The position numbers were made by a program, and so were the translations under genes. The notes beneath the pieces were generated by a model, which searched no databases, was not told where the DNA came from, and worked only from the letters and a program-made list of their open reading frames with translations. A stretch of DNA of 64,000 bases from Bigelowiella natans CCMP2755 (lineage: Eukaryota > Protista > Cercozoa): contig ADNK01001199.1 of assembly GCA_000320545.1 (NCBI GenBank), positions 57,389 to 121,388 on the forward strand, in the 5' to 3' direction. How positions within the stretch are numbered: the first letter of the stretch is position 1; each line of letters begins with the position of its first letter. This document shows positions 11,296-25,339 of this stretch, in pieces.

Positions 11296-12658
11296 TATTT
11301 ACGGGTAGGATAGGAAGGGGGAGGCGGAATATGAATTTCCTTGTAACGAAGGTGTTGAGCGTAACCGTCGTGAGGATTGAGGGCATTTTCCCTCTACGAC
11401 AACATCTGACCATCAATATGTTCAAAATATGAAAAAATACTTTCCATTCCTTTCTTAGACATGAAAAAAAACATAAAAAGCAAAAAAGTTTAAATGGACC
11501 GGCTGAATATATCCGGAGACTACCCAGAGATCCAACGCGAACTGCTGGACTACCATTTTTGCCCACGAAGCAGAAAAACGCACATGAAAAGGATATCACT
11601 CAAAAAAGAATTAAAATTCCTGGGAAAGTTTGTGGGGATTTTTGAAAATTAATTGTAAAAATGGAGCAGTTTAGGAAGAAATAATAAGAGCACTCATTTT
11701 AAGTGCGAAGGTGAGTCAAGTCAGCGTCACGGTGAGGGTATTGCCCTCGTACATCAAGTCTGATCGCTTTTTATGGGTAAATTGGCCTGCATTTCAATTT
11801 TTTGATATCCGCTCGCAATTTGATGGTCCAAAATTTGGTTTTTTCACCGGTAAATGGACTATCACATTGACCTTCACGTCTTTTGTACACCATCAACGAA
11901 ATTTGAAAGACTTGATAGAAAGACGCATTATCCGAAATCAGGAGCTAATTCGAAGCCGTATTCAGGTTTTCAAACCAATATTTGGAACGAACCCATGTTG
12001 AATGGATCCTGTTTTGGTGATAAGATGAATACATCTGTGTCACACTAATCCTTGCATCTATTCTGGCAATCACTCGAACAGCTTGCTGCGCACGCATTCT
12101 CTCCCAAACCATTGGTATGTTCTAGTTACATCATGATGATCCGAAGGTCGCAACATTAATTCAGAGCACGTTAGAGACAAAGTGAGGTGGTGGTAACGAG
12201 GAAGTTAGGATTAAACGGGTTAGGTATTAAGCCGCGCGACGGACAGACGAACACAGGTGGAGCCCATCAAACGTAATCGGATATCTTCTGGTGGTTTCAA
12301 ACTCCGTGGAGGTTGGGATTACGGAGCATCCTTCAAACGTTTAAAGTGAGAGAATAGTGTCTAAGATCGCTCTCCCAAAAAAACAGGTTTGTATAGTTGT
12401 AGCTGTTGCTCAAATGGTATGGAGCTGGAACTCAGTGGTGCTTCTGTTCAATTAGTCTAGACCCTCATGCATCAACAAATAGTCTCTCTTATTTCTCACT
12501 ACGTTCGTAAACAGAGGGAAAAAAGAACTTTGGGAGGTTGGACCGTGCGGAGATCTTAGTGCTTCCATTGCATCGCCTACCACCACCACCCATTGACCAG
12601 CTGACCACCCCGCCAATATCAACGAAGCACGGATAGGGGACGTGATAAATCGTTCAAA

Positions 12659-15159
12659 ATGTCAGAGGGCAACACTGGCAATGAAAACTCGTTCCCCAAT
12701 CTCATATCTGATGCAGGGCTTAAGGATTTTTTAGGGATGAGTAGCGATGAGTTCTTTGGCTTTCCGCATCACCCAACCGATGGCTTCCACATCATGGAGC
12801 AGCTTTTTAACCCAATCGATACCAAAAACCTGCCCCCTCCCCCTAGCATACCAGCACCCCAGGCATCCTTTCCCTCGGTCACGCATGCCTCAGGTATGGC
12901 GCCAAATCCTTCATCATGGGAATCAAACCATTTTCAGAAAGGAATGCTAGGAGGCCTCACCCACAGTCAGATGCCCATAACCATGACCGAATCTCCCCGT
13001 AAGAAAAAAATACCAAAAAAACAGCAAAAAACGGAGCGGCACTCATCGTCGTTGAATATAAATGGGCCTCAACGAAGTCCGTACCCTGTTTCGCCTCTCC
13101 CCCCCTCGCGGAACGCCTACGACGCACAAGTAGCTGGTAATCAGGGCCACGTCTCTGTTAAAGATGAGAAGGCCCTTATGGAAGAAGAACAGCCGACAGA
13201 ATCCGGCTGTAGAATCGTGAATGACACAAAGATACAAGGAGGTAGGCTTGATACGTATACTATGTAGGAGTTCTCTAAAGCAAGCTTGTTGGATTTATCA
13301 GGACAATTTTCCACCAACGAAATGAATAATACTCTCCCAAATGCTGGAAGCTTTGACACGGGTCTTACTGTATGTCTAAAGATATCGAGAGGAGACTATA
13401 ACATACAATTCTATCGTAGGGAACCAATGTAGAACGAAGTGCGCAGTACAGTCTTTTGATGCTGCTACCAAAGCTCTTCCTGGATTCTCGGTAAAGCCCC
13501 TCACAGTACCTTTTAGACGTTTCTAAAGTTGTATTTTCAGAGGAAAAAGGGATGTAAAATCGGGCATCTTTTATGCAAAGCAATGAAACGTAAGCATATC
13601 TTTTTAAATGAATTTCTAATCAGTTGGTAAGACATTCCGTGTTCAGTACCTCGAGAGACGGAGGAGGAGATATCCCTCGGGAAGCCATCAGTTGCTCCTA
13701 CTATGTCCAAAGACCTTTTCGTAGTGGGGACCGATAATCCAGACAGCAAACTCAACTACTTAATATGTGTCTCGACAAATATAATGAAAAATACCGTTGA
13801 CGGCAATCCAATCGTGAGTACCGTGCGTCTGAGTGAGGTAATAGAAGAGATTTAGTGAGAAACGTGTTGTTGTGTGAGAGGATCTGATATTCTTATTTCA
13901 TGATCCTTCAGCATATCCGTGATACTCACTGGATAAACAGCAACTTGGTTCTCTGTGCAACTGGCAAAGATGTGGAGATAATCCAAGTAGAAAATGAAGG
14001 GAAAAACATGAAAAGCAGAGGTACTTCTGATACCCATACAAATCACCTCTTATCCCTGGAAACGCACATGGATATTTAGTTTATTATTATGCCATGATCA
14101 GGGAAAAGGACTCTGCATCACGACCTCATTCGAGAAATTGCACCTCATCCCATAAAAAGGCTTGAAGTGGCATCAGGAGGTCAGGGAGAGCACACGCTAT
14201 ATGTTTGGATTGTGGAATTAAGTTTTTATGGTTTTCAGGTTACGACAAGAAGTTGTGCGTGCATAACTTGCAGAAAGGCACTCGACTTCATGAACAAGCA
14301 ACTTCGGATACGATTGGATCAGTCAAATGGCATCCTTATCAAAGTGAGCAGCATTACTCATCAGCAGATAGCACGCAGCTTTATAGTATTTCTTCCTCCT
14401 CCCCACCCCTCCTCTCCCAGGTGACGTGCTTGGATGCACGTTGGACTATGGAGGCCTACAACAATATGATACAAGACTCGGTCTTTCGAAGCCTACGTTT
14501 AAGATGAATACAGGGAAGCCGGTCAATTATTTATATTTGTATTCGATGTTTATCAGTTTATACTGATGTGATTGGACGTTGTTAGGAGCTGTACACGCAC
14601 AGTTGCATTGATGAGTATGGCATGCTGCTCGGATATGGAGACGGAATTATTCAATATATCGATCAAAGATATCCAAGAAAAATGTAATATTTTTATATAC
14701 TTGATTTAGTCATTGGTCTATAGCTGAAATGATTTATCTTATCGATAGACTTCTAAGAGTGGAAGATCCATATGTTGGAGGAATCGGGGACATCATCTAT
14801 AACGACCAATCGAAATCATTCGTCGTATCTGGCCTCACTGAGTACGATAGTCAATTTAGTAATTCAGTTATCTCTGATGTCTTAATGATGGTATGTCGGG
14901 TTATAGTTTCTCTGTGTGGAAGATCGATGATTCTCAAAGGAAGGCTTATATCTGGTTTGTACTTCAATTATCAAATAGTTACTATATTCGCGTTTTTACT
15001 GATGTTTCGTGTTTATCTAGGAGTCATATGCAAATGACAAACAATGCTATACAAAATCAGTACAGCTTTGCTACATCAGCTGCATATTTGGACCCGAATA
15101 CCATAATAAAGTGCGACAGAAGGGGTTACGCATCAGTTTTCCAACAAGGATTTTCTTAA
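12659..15159 (+). CDS. WD40-repeat protein with low-complexity Pro/Ser-rich N-terminus (multi-exon)
   Basis: The spliced chain gives WD-like repeats: IREIAPHPIKRLEVASGGYDKKLCVHNL, TIGSVKWHPYQSDVLGCTLDYGGLQQYDTR, LLGYGDGIIQYIDQR, IGDIIYNDQSKSFVVSGLTDFSVWKI. Short GT-AG introns throughout. Confidence 0.7.
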
Positions 15160-15339
15160 AAAAAAATGCTATTGGTATCATCCCAGTAATTAATGAGGGG
15201 GCTATGATATTGGTGGCATAGTAGTCCAAAGATATATAAATAGTCAAATTACACCAGGAAGATGTAGTGTAGATGGGCATTGTAGGCCTAGCAATGGCCA
15301 TTGTTTACTCTGTGGTTTAGTTAGTGCATAGACAAATAT

Positions 15340-15815
15340 GGAATTTACGCGCACGCACGTATGTAGACGTTACTAATTCTCATTCACGTGATCGTGATGT
15401 AAACAAATCTAGCGACTATACGTACGTATGCACACTGACGACAAATAAATACAAGCATGCGTATTATATGCAGCAACATATGAGACGGATGCAATGAATA
15501 TGTTAAAAATTTCAATTGTCATCCTTATGTAGCGATGCTAAAGCTTTGGCTACAGCGCTTACGCAGCAACGATGTATTCAGAAATCTAGGGATACTGCCT
15601 GCTGGATGTCTATTTCTAGGCGGTTTGCTACTCGCGCTAGCGATGTGTGTATATCTAGATGCACAGGTTGTGCGCATATAGTGATCGATCAGCTAGCGTG
15701 ATCAAATAATGAGCTACTTCAACTGTGCACGGCTAGACTATAGCTTGGTCGATCAATGATTCAATGATGTTAACCCGTGCAATTTTAGAGCTGCTATGCA
15801 TGAATAGAGCACATG
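15340..15815. repeat. Convergent-spacer palindrome / alternating purine-pyrimidine tract
   Basis: GCGCACGCACGTATGT, TATACGTACGTATGCAC, TATATCTAGATGCAC, GATCGATCAGCTAGC between the WD40 and GT34-like 3' ends. Confidence 0.65.
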
Positions 15816-15867
15816 AGGTTATAAGTAAGGTATTTTATTTATTTTCATTTTTCACAGACATACACAA

Positions 15868-16355
15868 TTAAGCTTCGTCCCATTCTACAAACGTTATTCC
15901 TTGCGCGCTCATGCCATTTCGGCTCACAGCAACTCTCTTCGCAAGATCCTTTGAATTCGGTCCAAAGATATGCGCTCCTTTTGGTATTGCAAGAGAACAT
16001 CCATGGCTGATATGTTCGACCTCTCGCTCGTGATGATCCATACTGAAGATGTGGAACGGTGTGATCTTCGTTTCGTCCATATTTGACATTGTAAGCGCTG
16101 GTGGGGGCACATGCACGGGGCCTGGTCTATATGCGCGCCCGAACGTACGCTTACGCTTCTCTTCAGAACCCAAGAAAGGATGGAAGCTGGTGATTATGAT
16201 AATGGATAAAATTATAAGGACGTAATATGTGACAAGTATGTTCACTGATATAAGTGGTATCAATACTAATTAAAGGGTTCATGAACATGTATACGAATAC
16301 AAGTACACATATGGATAAATATGTATAATATTTTATACAAATAAGTATATTGAAA

Positions 16356-16394
<39 letters not shown>

Positions 16395-19068
16395 TCAATT
16401 TCAGACGTTTACACATTCTCATATTCTACTTCACCCGAGCGTCTGAAAAGCCTTTACATTACAGTTAATAAAACTGCATCCACACATCATCGGACCTATA
16501 CAAACAAGCATACAGCAGCAACATGATGTGGATTCAATATTGCATTATCACTATCATCAACAGTAATAGGCACCTGGCGTGGTCCACGTGCATCTTCTGC
16601 TCTTTGCACGCTGCTTAGGGTCGAAGCAATTCATTCCTTTCAGAAACCGCATTGCTTTTTCCTTTAGTCGCCAGACAAAACACAGTAGGATGATGAGGAC
16701 ACATTTGTATTACCATTCTTGTTGGAGCGCTGCATACGACCCATACCTTATTCTCCGGACTATATCGCTCATCGCACGTGTGCTTAGCTTCGTCTATGCT
16801 CGATGCGTTCACTCGTCCTTGCACTGACAACCCAAATGCACACAAATATATAGCATTAATACAAATAAGTTGATAGTCATGTGCCATAGAAATACGGTGT
16901 GAATGAGTTATACTAAATGTCGGATAAAGCTGTTTGTGAAGCTTACATATTTCTTGATGCTCATAGAGGTACGATGAGACCCATCGTAAGACCTCAAGGT
17001 AATACGCGCCCTAAAACAAGGGATATTTGGTCCAAATTATCGATCGTATCAGTTACCCCCCTCTCCTCTTTTAAAGCGCTCTTAATGTAGTAATGACAGT
17101 GGTAATAGTACCTGGTCAACCCAGCACTCACAGTCGCTATGTCGTATCCACATACGCAAAAACCTGCGACCACATAGCTACTGTTAGAGAGAGGGTAAGG
17201 GTGGGGAGAGAAGATACGCACTGCACGCACCGTATTGCTTCTTTAGATCTCCGCAATATGATTATATCATTGTTCGTTGGACCTGACGAAGTAAGTAGAA
17301 TAAATTATCTTCCATATTATGAAGCCTGAGCAGCCATATATTCATACCTCCGATAGGCCCTGTGTGCATTATGATCATATGGTATAGATCCCAGTCGTAT
17401 CCGCTGCTTTCTGCAATGCCCTTTGCGTGTTCAAAGAGCTCTTTCATGCCAATCTCTGGTAGTCCTATCTGAGAATTGTTGTCAAACATATTAGAGAGAT
17501 GAGCAATCTTAACGAAGAGAAGCACACCTCTACGTCAGGATCCAGATAAACGACCCAATCAAAGCCTTTGCCTATCATTCACAACACCACACATATTTGA
17601 TTGCATACAATCTCACACCAAAGGTAGATAATCAATCTAAGTTCCTGAAATGATAACTTTATAAATCAGAGTTTATGTGCCGGAGTAAACGTAAACATTC
17701 TTCTCTCACATGTTGGCAAAGGGTGATGAACGTGTAATTCATTTAATTGTATATCTTATCACCTGTCTCCAGGAGAGATAGAAGGCTGAAGGCCTTACCC
17801 CACGCCCATCGCCATCTTTCGTATTTCACAGAATCACGACATCAAGATTGATTCAATATGGATGTAACGCAGAGAACAACATACCCGTGATCTTGATACC
17901 ACGACATATTTCCGTAGTACTTGCCTACGTCCTCCTGAGGTTTAATTCAATCGATTGTCCATTCAGTTATGCATGGAGATAGAAAGAAAGCCATAGATGA
18001 TACCTCTTTTAGATGAAGTGCATCGTAGATCTGAGAGAGACAAATCATCAAGGTTGCATTCTATGAGTACATGATATGTTATATGCAGGCACGTTCTCTC
18101 TTTCTCCTACTCTCTGCAAATGAATTCTCACTACCTCATACATGTTTCTCGTATCTATAGCGCGCGCCATATTGTGACGATGAGCGTAGCAAGCCTTTTC
18201 ATCGAACAGGACCAAACAAACAACAGTTAGAACAAATCTGCAAAAATGAATGCGAGTTTTCATTTCACCTGTCTTCGAAGCGTTGCATCAACACCGCGGC
18301 GATATGATTCACCTTAATAGCAAAATGGTACAGTCATACGAATAGTATGGATACATAGAATGCAGCAACATACCCACTGCGACACTGAATAGTACGACTC
18401 GAGGCTGTGAGCAGAAACAGGGTACATCAGCAAACATATGTGCGTCACATGATAATTTCACACAATAAGGCATATGGTTCACCGTGTGGAAGGGTTTGTG
18501 ATTCTCATTCTTCTTAGATTCTTGCTTTTTGTTTTTTGTGTGCTTATTTTTAAGAGGAATGAGCTGCCCGTCCTGCACGGTGCCATCCTGCATCGTGAAT
18601 AGCATATCATCAGCATTCTGCTCCTTTACTGCTTTCACTACAATACGCTTCTTTCTACAACATACCTTCTCTTTCACTTGGACTATACCCCCAGATTCAT
18701 CCTCCTTCAGCAAACTGCTATCGTCCTAAACAGAATTCGTCATCATTCACATCATCGCTGTCGTCATCGGGCGATCTGCTTCCGAAAATTACGTGTTTCA
18801 ATGATTTGACGCAGGGATAACATGAAATTGCAAAAATACAGAAATGCGCCTGGTTATCCTCACCATTCCAATAATGACAAAGTGAGAATCTGGGTCATCT
18901 CTGTTATATTGCAGGGCCACGAAGCCAAGCAGCATCTAAGTCACGTAGGCAAGGGGAGGGACAAGAGTGAGGGATAAGGAGAACAATACTCTGGTTAACG
19001 ACGGCGCCATCCCTTACCAAGACCATGAGGAAGTATGGCGTTAGGGCACATCGAGGCCCTTCTTGCAT
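15868..19068 (-). CDS. Type II membrane glycosyltransferase, GT34 (galactosyl/xylosyl/mannosyl-transferase)-like, many small exons
   Basis: Hand-spliced exons: N-terminal anchor MQEGPRCALTPYFLMVL|MLLGFVALQY, then PRVVLFSVAVGESYRRG, ACYAHRHN (cf. GT34 'YA..HGY'), KGFDWVVYLDPDVE (DxD motif, ~17528-17571) and GPTNNDIIILRRSKEA. The last exon lies within ORF 15868-16263. Some internal junctions are unresolved. Confidence 0.55.
16360..16392. repeat. (TA)n microsatellite in intron
   Basis: Uninterrupted TA dinucleotide run. Confidence 0.95.
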
Positions 19069-19754
19069 AGCCTCCCCACCCTTCCCTGCAACGCTTCTTC
19101 CCGATAATCCAGAGTCGTCTGGCTGCGGTCGGGATGATCCTTGAGAATCTTCGAAAATAGCATTTATTCCGGATAGACGACACGCTATATTTGTTGGTTC
19201 TTGTTCTAAAAACCCATTGCGTATTTTTCGTGCGACATCGTTTCAGATTATAAATATGCTTGAAACTACCTATATTTTTGCTTATCTCTGACCGACGCTA
19301 ATTTGCACGCTGATCGATCGATCGCCGTCGCGAAGAAAAGGTGCTTCGAGCTTCGGTGGAATGATGGGAGGAGGGAGGAAAAGGGAGAGGAGAGAGAGCA
19401 ATATTTGGGAGGCAGGAGGGAACTTAGTGAAGAAATTCTTGGTTTGCGGGGTCTTCTTTGATGTTTTATCTAAATGAGCTGCAACCTGCTTGCGCATATC
19501 GCAACACGGCGATAATGGAACATCGTAAGCTAATGAACATGTGAATGCAGGCCTGACTCGTGATTTACTGTGCTCAATCGAAGCAATATATCTTCAGGGT
19601 GCTATCCGTGCTGTTCCAACTGTCGCTGTTCTCCTGTCTCAACACGTTCGTGCTCAACCCTCTGCTGCTTCGACGCGCATCATCAACTAGCAGGACACTT
19701 CCTCTCTCGAAAGCGTTTTTACTCCAGAAGTTCTCAACGTCGCCAGCAATTGCT

Positions 19755-20585
19755 ATGCCTTACAACTGGAGACAACACGTGAAGGGCAAACGGTACATAT
19801 ATTCCCATTATGCGTGTCGCAATATGCGTACCACGTTCTAACGTCCGCGATTTGTATTATTTGCTCTGTCCTGCTCTCCTCTCCTCAGGGGTGGCGGTGG
19901 TGGTCGCGGCCGCGGCTATGGTGGAGGCCGAGGCTATGGGGGAGGAGGAGGAGGACGAGGTATGGTAACATGCGTTTCGTAGTAGGTATTTATTGTGACC
20001 AGGTTTTGTGCTTTCTTCACATAGGAGGCGGAGGGGGGTGGAGAGGTGGTGGTGGTGGTGGCTGGAGAGGAGGACGAGGAGGACGAGGAGGGGGCGGGGG
20101 ATATGGAGGGGATAGTGCACGGAACCGAGGAGGAGGAGGAGGCATGAGGACGAGTACTATGGAAGATCTTCAGAACATCCTGCGAAACATCGACTCAAAG
20201 CAATACCCCGCATACAGGGACCTTGAGGGGACTTCTTTCCAGTTTAAAGGTGTTTGAAGTGATGGCAATGGTGGTGGTGATAATGATAATGACGAGGACA
20301 AAGCATACCGTATGCTTATGTACACTATATCCGAAAATGTCCATTGTGCAAACGACGTTGAATGAATCGAATCGTTTCTGCTTTGGCATCATTCAATCAG
20401 ACTTCAGCCTTATCGTGGATCGAGTGCAGTCAGACGCCTATGCGCCTCCATCACGATTTCGTGTTCGTGTGCCCATGTCTAAGGCTGGCTTTCCAAAGGT
20501 CTTTGTGTGATCAGTAGTGATATTGTACTTTCTCCTTCCTTCCTTTTGCTTCTTCTATCTCTCCTTCTCCTCTTAAATAACACGT

Positions 20586-20617
<32 letters not shown>

Positions 20618-22742
20618 TATAATCATCACCAGGAGCTGTACAGTCCAAATTCGTCGGCGATGAAGAACCCTCCAACAAAACGTATGAAGAAGGGTGAAGG
20701 TGCAGACGGAGCAGCTCAAGAGAGGAAGCAAAATGGCCCTGCGTTCCCCCATTCTTTCGCCCGTATTCGCAATGTCGCGTTGTGCGATTATCTTGCACGC
20801 ATTTTCCATGCTTATCAGGTCGTGCAATCCACCATTTGAAGACAACAACAACATTATACATCTATGCACCACACGTATTTATGGATCGAACATCGATTTG
20901 CTGATATGCTATGATGGTATTGATCGTAGGAAGAGGCTCGGCAGAAGGGAAGACAAGCAACAGGCGGAGGTTCTTAATTAAAAGCAGTAGTAAACATAGT
21001 CGATGTGTGAAAGTCACAGCTGTGCTGATATATAGGAGGATGGCATGGGGAGAAGGGTGGAGAGTTGAAGATTGTTGCTCCTGGCCAACACATTATGCAG
21101 CGCACTAATGTTATCGTCACGGATGAATACGTCGAGGCCAGGTCAGCGATGGAAATAGAGAGAAGAAGAAGAAGAAGAAAGGAGAAGATAGGAAGAACAC
21201 GAAGAGTCGCTGTTTCTTCAGCCTCCACATAGCAACACATAAAACTACAAGTCAATAAACACGCTCAATTAGATATTTGTATTGAATTGGCAGATTCACC
21301 GTGTCGCTGCCTGCACAAGGGAGGCGCATTCTGGGAAGATGGTAATTGGCCTCCTCGCTGATGTGTAAACGCCCAACAAAGCTGAGTAGTGATGTTTGTT
21401 TGCTTGCAGGGCATCTGAGATCTTCCTCACGAGCGTTCCCTACATCGTCTCTCGATCGTAATAATCAATGCTAACGACATGGAACTTTAAGAAGAACAAT
21501 ATGTTCATTTGTATATTCATATCGTCCTCTAGAAAACCTACCACCCATCACGCACTTAGCTGCACGATATATCGACTTCATATGTATCATGATAGCTCAT
21601 TCAATTCAATAATGGTGCTCTCCCCTCCCCTTCATCTAGACTCTTTGCGAGGTCCCTCGAAAAGGAGAAGGTGTGGGCACATATTAAGTCGGCAGAAGAT
21701 CAGGTGTCTCCTCATCACCGGATAAATAACGCACAGCTAACATGATAGAATTGTTCGTAGTACCTTACATATCTTACATATACTATAGCATGCTAGTAGA
21801 TTATTTATACCCCCACCCTCCTCCCCTCCAGTCTTTGATTGTTGATGTATTGTTGTTGTTAATCTACAGGAGTACCTGAGGCTCTCTCTCAGCGCTAACG
21901 GCTTAATCGCATTCGTTCGTAACGGTGATCTGCAGCAACAGGCCGTCGTTGTCGTATTGATGTGTCTTGATGTTGAACAACGATTGCTTTTTATATCGTC
22001 ACAGGAGCCATTCTTCCGCGTGCGTCTGGGGTGTCAGACAAGCCGCTAATGGACGAAAAGGCACGTAGTAGAAACAACGCTATGATAGCGATGATGGCTC
22101 ATGCAAAAACCCTTTATTGATTGTCTGTGTGTATATCAAATGTTATCATTGAGCGTGAAAATCGTCATTTCCATTGTAGGTCGTGCCGTTTAAGTCTCCA
22201 AAGTCTCTCGAGGTATATATATCTTTAATAACGCACCAGTTGTCCATATCAGCCCCTCTCCCCCCCCCCCCTCTTCTTCTGCGTGGAAATGTCGTAATTG
22301 GTATATTTGCTATACTTGGTGCTCAGGTGGAGATCCCGTTGCTGCACGGAAAGGTGAGGATATGTTAGTATAAACACTGAGAGACAAAGAAACCAGGAAA
22401 GAGGAGGGAGGCTTCTCATTAGTGCTCAATCTGTTTGGCCGCTGTGTTGTTGTTGTTGTTGTTTCGTTTTTAGCCCGTGACTGGAATGGGCGTCAAAGCT
22501 GGAATCACCTTGATAGTGGTAGTTAATACAAACACACACCGATCTGGAAAATATAACAACGTTTATAGATTCATTTACGATTCTTCTGCATAATTAGGGA
22601 GGGGGATTCCACGGCAAGAGTACATTGCTACAGGCGTTGGAAGTGGGTGTGTACAATCACATTCCAGGAGATGGAAGAGAATTCGTCTCGAGCGTCAACA
22701 CGGCGGTTAAGATCAGGGCAGAGGATGGGTCAGACGCACACA

Positions 22743-22784
<42 letters not shown>

Positions 22785-23769
22785 GCAAACAGAACGCACA
22801 TGTAATGGATGCTTTGTTGTCATGATGATGAGTAGGTGACTGGTATTTACTCACGCCTCTCTTTCTTTGTTTCTTTGTATAAATCTGCCAGACGATCTGT
22901 GGCGTGCGTGGACATCTCGCCATTTATCAACAACTTGCCTCAGGGAAGACCTACTCATAACTTCAAAACGAAGGATGCTTCCGGGTATTTAACGCATATA
23001 TTGCAACAGCTCTGAACGCTAGGAATGAAACAGAATAATGCAGCAAATAATATCTCATTATCATCATCATTATCATCATCATCATCATCACCCACCAAGG
23101 CACGCATATTATCACGATGTGACGATTCTCTGCACGATTTTAGATCGACGTCTCAGGCGGCCAACATCCTCGAAGCCATGGAACTGGTAAGCTCAATACT
23201 CAAAAAGACCAACATTTCTTAATACATTTGTATTCATTAGGGTGCTACAGCGTTATTCCTTGACGAGGTGAGTTGTTTTGCCAATACACTATCATCTTAG
23301 CAATACGACATGATAAATTATGCATGTTTTACGGGTCTCAGGACACATGCGCTACGAACTTCATGATTCGTGACCGAAGGATGAGAATGTAAGTAGACGA
23401 AAACCAGATTTCTTTCAATTAAACATGTTTGTTATTTGTGTTCTTCCCTTCTAAAACGGTGATGCGATGGTGTGATGCTGCAGGTTGGTATCTTCGTCAA
23501 AAGAACCGATTACGCCGTTTATCTCCAAGATCAAGTCGCTGTATGATGACCTCAAAACAAGCTCCATCTTGGTAGTAATAGTAGTGGTAGTATTAGTTGT
23601 TATTGTTGTTGCTGTGTAATATGTAGTATCATCGATGCATTTCACAAGATCTAAGTTCCAACTCTGTGTGCATTCTATGCAAGGTTATTGGGGGTAGTGG
23701 CGACTACTTCACTGTGGCAGATACCGTCATCATGATGGACTCGTAAGTTATAATCACGACGCTAAGAGC

Positions 23770-23814
<45 letters not shown>

Positions 23815-23915
23815 TGCTTACATATACAACACACATCACAGATACGTTCCAGTTGATGTGACCGGTAAAGCCAAGGAAATAGTTAAACAACAGGTCGTTG
23901 AAAAGGAGGAGAGAC

Positions 23916-23968
<53 letters not shown>

Positions 23969-24470
23969 TACTGCTTGGTTATTGAATACGTTTCTGCAAT
24001 ACACAAATATATAAAACGATGTAGACTCTCTCCGTTGCTTTTATGCTCGTGTGATGGTTGTATTATGATTTTACTCTTTTCCTCCCCCCCCCCCATTGCA
24101 GGCGAGAACCGACGGCGAAGATGAGCAAGTCAACATTGAATTTGGGAAGGTAGTTCGTTGTGCCTTTGGAGAGAGGGAGGTATGATGCACATACTACTGT
24201 GTTTACAATGCTTTCATTATGAATTAGATCAGAGAACGTGCGGTTAACTCAGCTTCCATAGAGCGATTAGGTAATCGTATCTCACACAGCTGCCTTGTGC
24301 TGTAATATCGACCAAATCATCATCATCACCATCAATCAATGATATATGTGTGTGTGCGTGTTGTGCGTTGTACTGCTCTTCTCCATAGGGAGTCGCACCA
24401 AGACCCTCAGCCTGACGAAGGCGGTGAGTTTTATACAATAGACTATTTAGTAGAGATCCTGTTGTGTGTC

Positions 24471-24510
<40 letters not shown>

Positions 24511-25331
24511 TGACTACATGCGTTCTTTTACACTTCGCTTGACGTCAAATGGAATACACAAGATAGCAGCGCATCACTTATAATTATATGCGTAGGCTGT
24601 GGGAGATACGGATTTGGATCTTTCCGGCCTTGAGCAGGTGCTAACACGCCCTCCTCGTCATCACTATGGCTATGGATGTTTTCCATTCTTCTTCTTACTA
24701 TTCTCCGATCATTGTCGTGATATTGTGTCTCTGTGTGTGTAGTTGGTGGAGGTGTCGCAAACACGATGTATCACCGACCTCATTGTCCACGCCATGCCAA
24801 GGCTTCTAAGGAATGGTGCTACTCTAAGGTACGGTGTATTAGCAGCTTTATTTGAGCTACCGGGAGAGTGCTGATATGCGAATGAACATAACAGGAATGC
24901 TATCGATGCTCTGGAGAAGGAATTTGATAATCTTGGCTCGACAAAGGTAGTGCCCCCTCCCTCCCTCTCTCCCTATTTGCATCTCCTGCTGAGCACCATC
25001 TCTGCTCTAGATGACGTATGAGATGTGAGCGTTTTGTGTGAGTATCACGGTGCGTCTGAGTATTCTTCTTCTTCTTCTTTTCCATATATAGCGAGTGAGC
25101 GGGTTGGACTGCGCAGGTCAATGGGAAGCAGGATCTTATTCACGACCGAGGCGATTTGAGGTAGTTGGACCTCCACAATCATTGAAACTCCAATGCACAT
25201 TGCTAAAACCACCCTCGGCTATTTTTCTTCAGATCGCAGCGGCGCTCAACCGATTGAGAGATGTAGAGTTTAAAATGTCTGCTACCGGTGGCGGTGCCAC
25301 CAACTCCGAGAGAGATGCATGGGGAAAGTGA
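19755..25331 (+). CDS. ABC-class ATPase domain protein (Pfam ABC_ATPase PF09818 family; trypanosome MRB1590-like) with RGG-rich N-terminus; very intron-rich
   Basis: Exon chain: LRNIDSKQYPAYRDLEG, VDRVQSDAYAPPSRFRV, RNVALCDYLAR, LIAFVRNGAILPRASGVSDKPL, Walker A GITLIVGGGFHGKSTLL, GVYNHIPGDGRE, KIRAEDGRSV, DASGSTSQAANILEA, Walker B LFLDEDTCATNFMIRD, KEPITPF, VIGGSGDYF, RPRRFEIAAALNRLR. Confidence 0.88.
23774..23960. repeat. (TC)n at 23774-23811 and (GA)n at 23926-23960 microsatellites in adjacent introns
   Basis: Direct reading; the two runs are mutually complementary and flank exon 23842-23893. Confidence 0.9.
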
Positions 25332-25339
25332 ATCAGAGC

